This document shows, piece after piece, positions 1 through 64,000 of a DNA stretch of 64,000 nucleotides. How positions within the stretch are numbered: position 1 is the stretch's first letter; every line of letters begins with the position of its first letter. The stretch comes from Octopus bimaculoides (taxonomy: Eukaryota), in contig NC_068984.1 in the NCBI RefSeq assembly GCF_001194135.2, positions 16,663,188 to 16,727,187 of the forward strand, given 5' to 3'. Both the position numbers and the translations under genes were made by a program. Below the pieces are notes generated by a model, which searched no databases, had not been told where the DNA came from, and saw only the letters and a program-made list of their open reading frames with translations.

Positions 1-228
1 CTTAATTTTCCGATTCATTCTGTCCTTCTGTGTTGTCATAACATAAGTTCTACCAGGTCGTTTAAATAAACTATCTGATATTCCAAGAGATATCTATTAA
101 GGGTTGTGATATGTATGTTCAAAACGTTCCCAAAAGCGTCCCGAAACAATGAATGGATTTGACAAATAACAACTTGGTTTATTCTGAAAGCTTATAAAAT
201 TTTACACGCATTAATAATTTAGCTAAGT

Positions 229-520
229 TGGAGGTATCGAGCTGGCAGAATCATTAGCACACCGGACAAAATGCGTCCTGAGTTCAATAATTTAGCTAAG
301 TTGAAGGTTTCGAGCTGGCAGAATCGTTAGTACACTGGACAAAATGCGTCTTGAGTTCAAATTCCGCCGAAGTCGACTTTGCCTGTCATCTCTTTCGGCG
401 TCAATAAAATAGGTACCAGTCGAGCACTAGAGTCGATACAATCGGCTTACTCCTTTCCCAAGAGCTTACTGACCTTGTGCCAAAATTTGAAATCAATATT
501 TATTACTTCATGAAGCTGGC
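229..520 (+). mobile_element. SINE family A (tail type A2), with duplicated 5' head
   Basis: GAGCTGGCAGAATCGTTAG A-box-like and GTTCAAATTCC B-box-like head, then GTCGACTTTGCC..AGGTACCAGT..CCTTGTGCC body shared with more than 20 copies in the window. Confidence 0.8.
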
Positions 521-1219
521 CACTTACACAGCAGTACCAAGTCAACTTTGAGGTGGTTCCTTGATTGTTATTTTAGTGATGTAACTACATTTTTTCTAAT
601 AGGTTTCGCAGGTTCTGAACTATTTTAACAAGATTACAGTATCATTTAATACATAACATTAATATCATCATCATCATTTTTTAATGTCCATCTTCTAAAT
701 GGTATGGGTTGGACGGTTAAATAGGATTCGACGTATCCGAGAATTGCATCGTGTTTCGTTGCCTGTTTTGGTATGGCTTCTATAGTTGGTTGCTCTTCCT
801 AACACCAAACACTTTACAGAGTGTATTGGACTTTATACTAGATGAGAGGTTTTAAGTCTGACGAAATTGGTGAGAACAGAAAGTTTCTAGCATCAGAGGA
901 GCTGCATGGTTATTTATATTCCAGAAGACTGAGTGATCCACCATATATATATATATGATAATATGACATGCACACTTAGCAGGCCCGTCACCTGGGACCT
1001 GGAGGTGCTTCAGAATATTCTAGGTGGGCACTAATTTGCATTGTGGGAAGATTTTTGTAAACTGTATTTTCTAAATCTGAAGATGCACCATTGAATAGTG
1101 AAGGGACATTACCTTAGCGATGGAAATGATTTTTTATGTGTAGGTAAAATACAGCCCCCGTTGAAGTCAAAACAAAATTGTGTTATTTGCTTATTGCTTC
1201 TTCTTTTTCTTACATTCAG

Positions 1220-63389
<62,170 letters not shown>

Positions 63390-63817
63390 GTATGAGTTTT
63401 TTTTTTTTTCTTTCAAACTAAAAATATTTTTGTTCATTCACATTCATTTTAATCATGTAATCTTAATTAAAAATAAAAAGAGCTAAGTGAAATTATTCAG
63501 GTGAGCCAAAGACATGAATTTGTTAAATAAGTCCAGAGGTTATGTACTGAATGCATTTGCACAAAAACATTCTAAATTGAAATTTTCTTTTCAGTTAATA
63601 AAAGAAAACAAAAACCTAGAGGAACTTATTAACAATTCTCAAAGAAAATGGGATGTAATTTTCAGAAAATAAGAATTAATTTACTAAAGTTAATCTACAT
63701 GCTTTACATAATGTTTATGAGTAAAATACATCTATGAACCTGTTTCTGTCTGTAAGACTATGTCAACATAGTTTAATCTCCTCATACTTACTCGATCAGT
63801 TAATGAAAATTTTTACA

Positions 63818-64000
63818 TAGGCGTAGGAGTGGCTGTGTGGTAAGTAGCTTGCTTACCAACCACATGGTTCCAGGTTGAGTCCCACTGCGTGGCACCTTGG
63901 ACAAGTGTCTTCTACTATAGCCTCGGGCCGACCAAAGCCTTGTGAGTAGATTTGGTTCACAGAAACAGAAAGAAACCCGTCGTATATATATATATATATA
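63818..64000 (+). mobile_element. SINE family B 5' half, cut by window end
   Basis: GGCGTAGGAGTGGCTGTGTGGTAAGTAG head to (AT)n core. Confidence 0.85.

Overview
Eukaryotic, AT-rich, microsatellite- and SINE-dense genomic DNA from a gapped draft assembly. The repeat families look octopod (Octopus-like); this is pattern recognition and was not database-checked. The window is an internal part of one large plus-strand gene, a reelin (RELN) orthologue. I reconstructed 18 coding exons between 1220 and 63389. All have AG/GT boundaries and splice phases that chain without a stop (3137 nt, about 1045 codons). They encode the pre-repeat region, reelin repeats 1 and 2 (A-EGF-B, with Asp-box motifs) and the start of repeat 3. 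The gene continues beyond both window ends. The introns hold a decayed R4/Dong-type site-specific retrotransposon in a (TAA)n tract, RTE and CR1/L2-group LINE remnants, at least four tRNA-head SINE families, several MITEs, and a TG..CA solo LTR with a 6-bp TSD. There are also two long near-perfect hairpins, many microsatellites and six N gaps. Leads worth following: near-vertebrate exon architecture, no vertebrate N-t cleavage Pro-Ala, a CRGDSC motif in EGF1, a 21-aa basic insert, the promoter-like solo LTR, and the hairpins. Human RELN sequence and exon sizes used for comparison are recalled from memory and need re-checking. No prokaryotic features, CRISPR arrays, rRNA or intact tRNA genes were seen.
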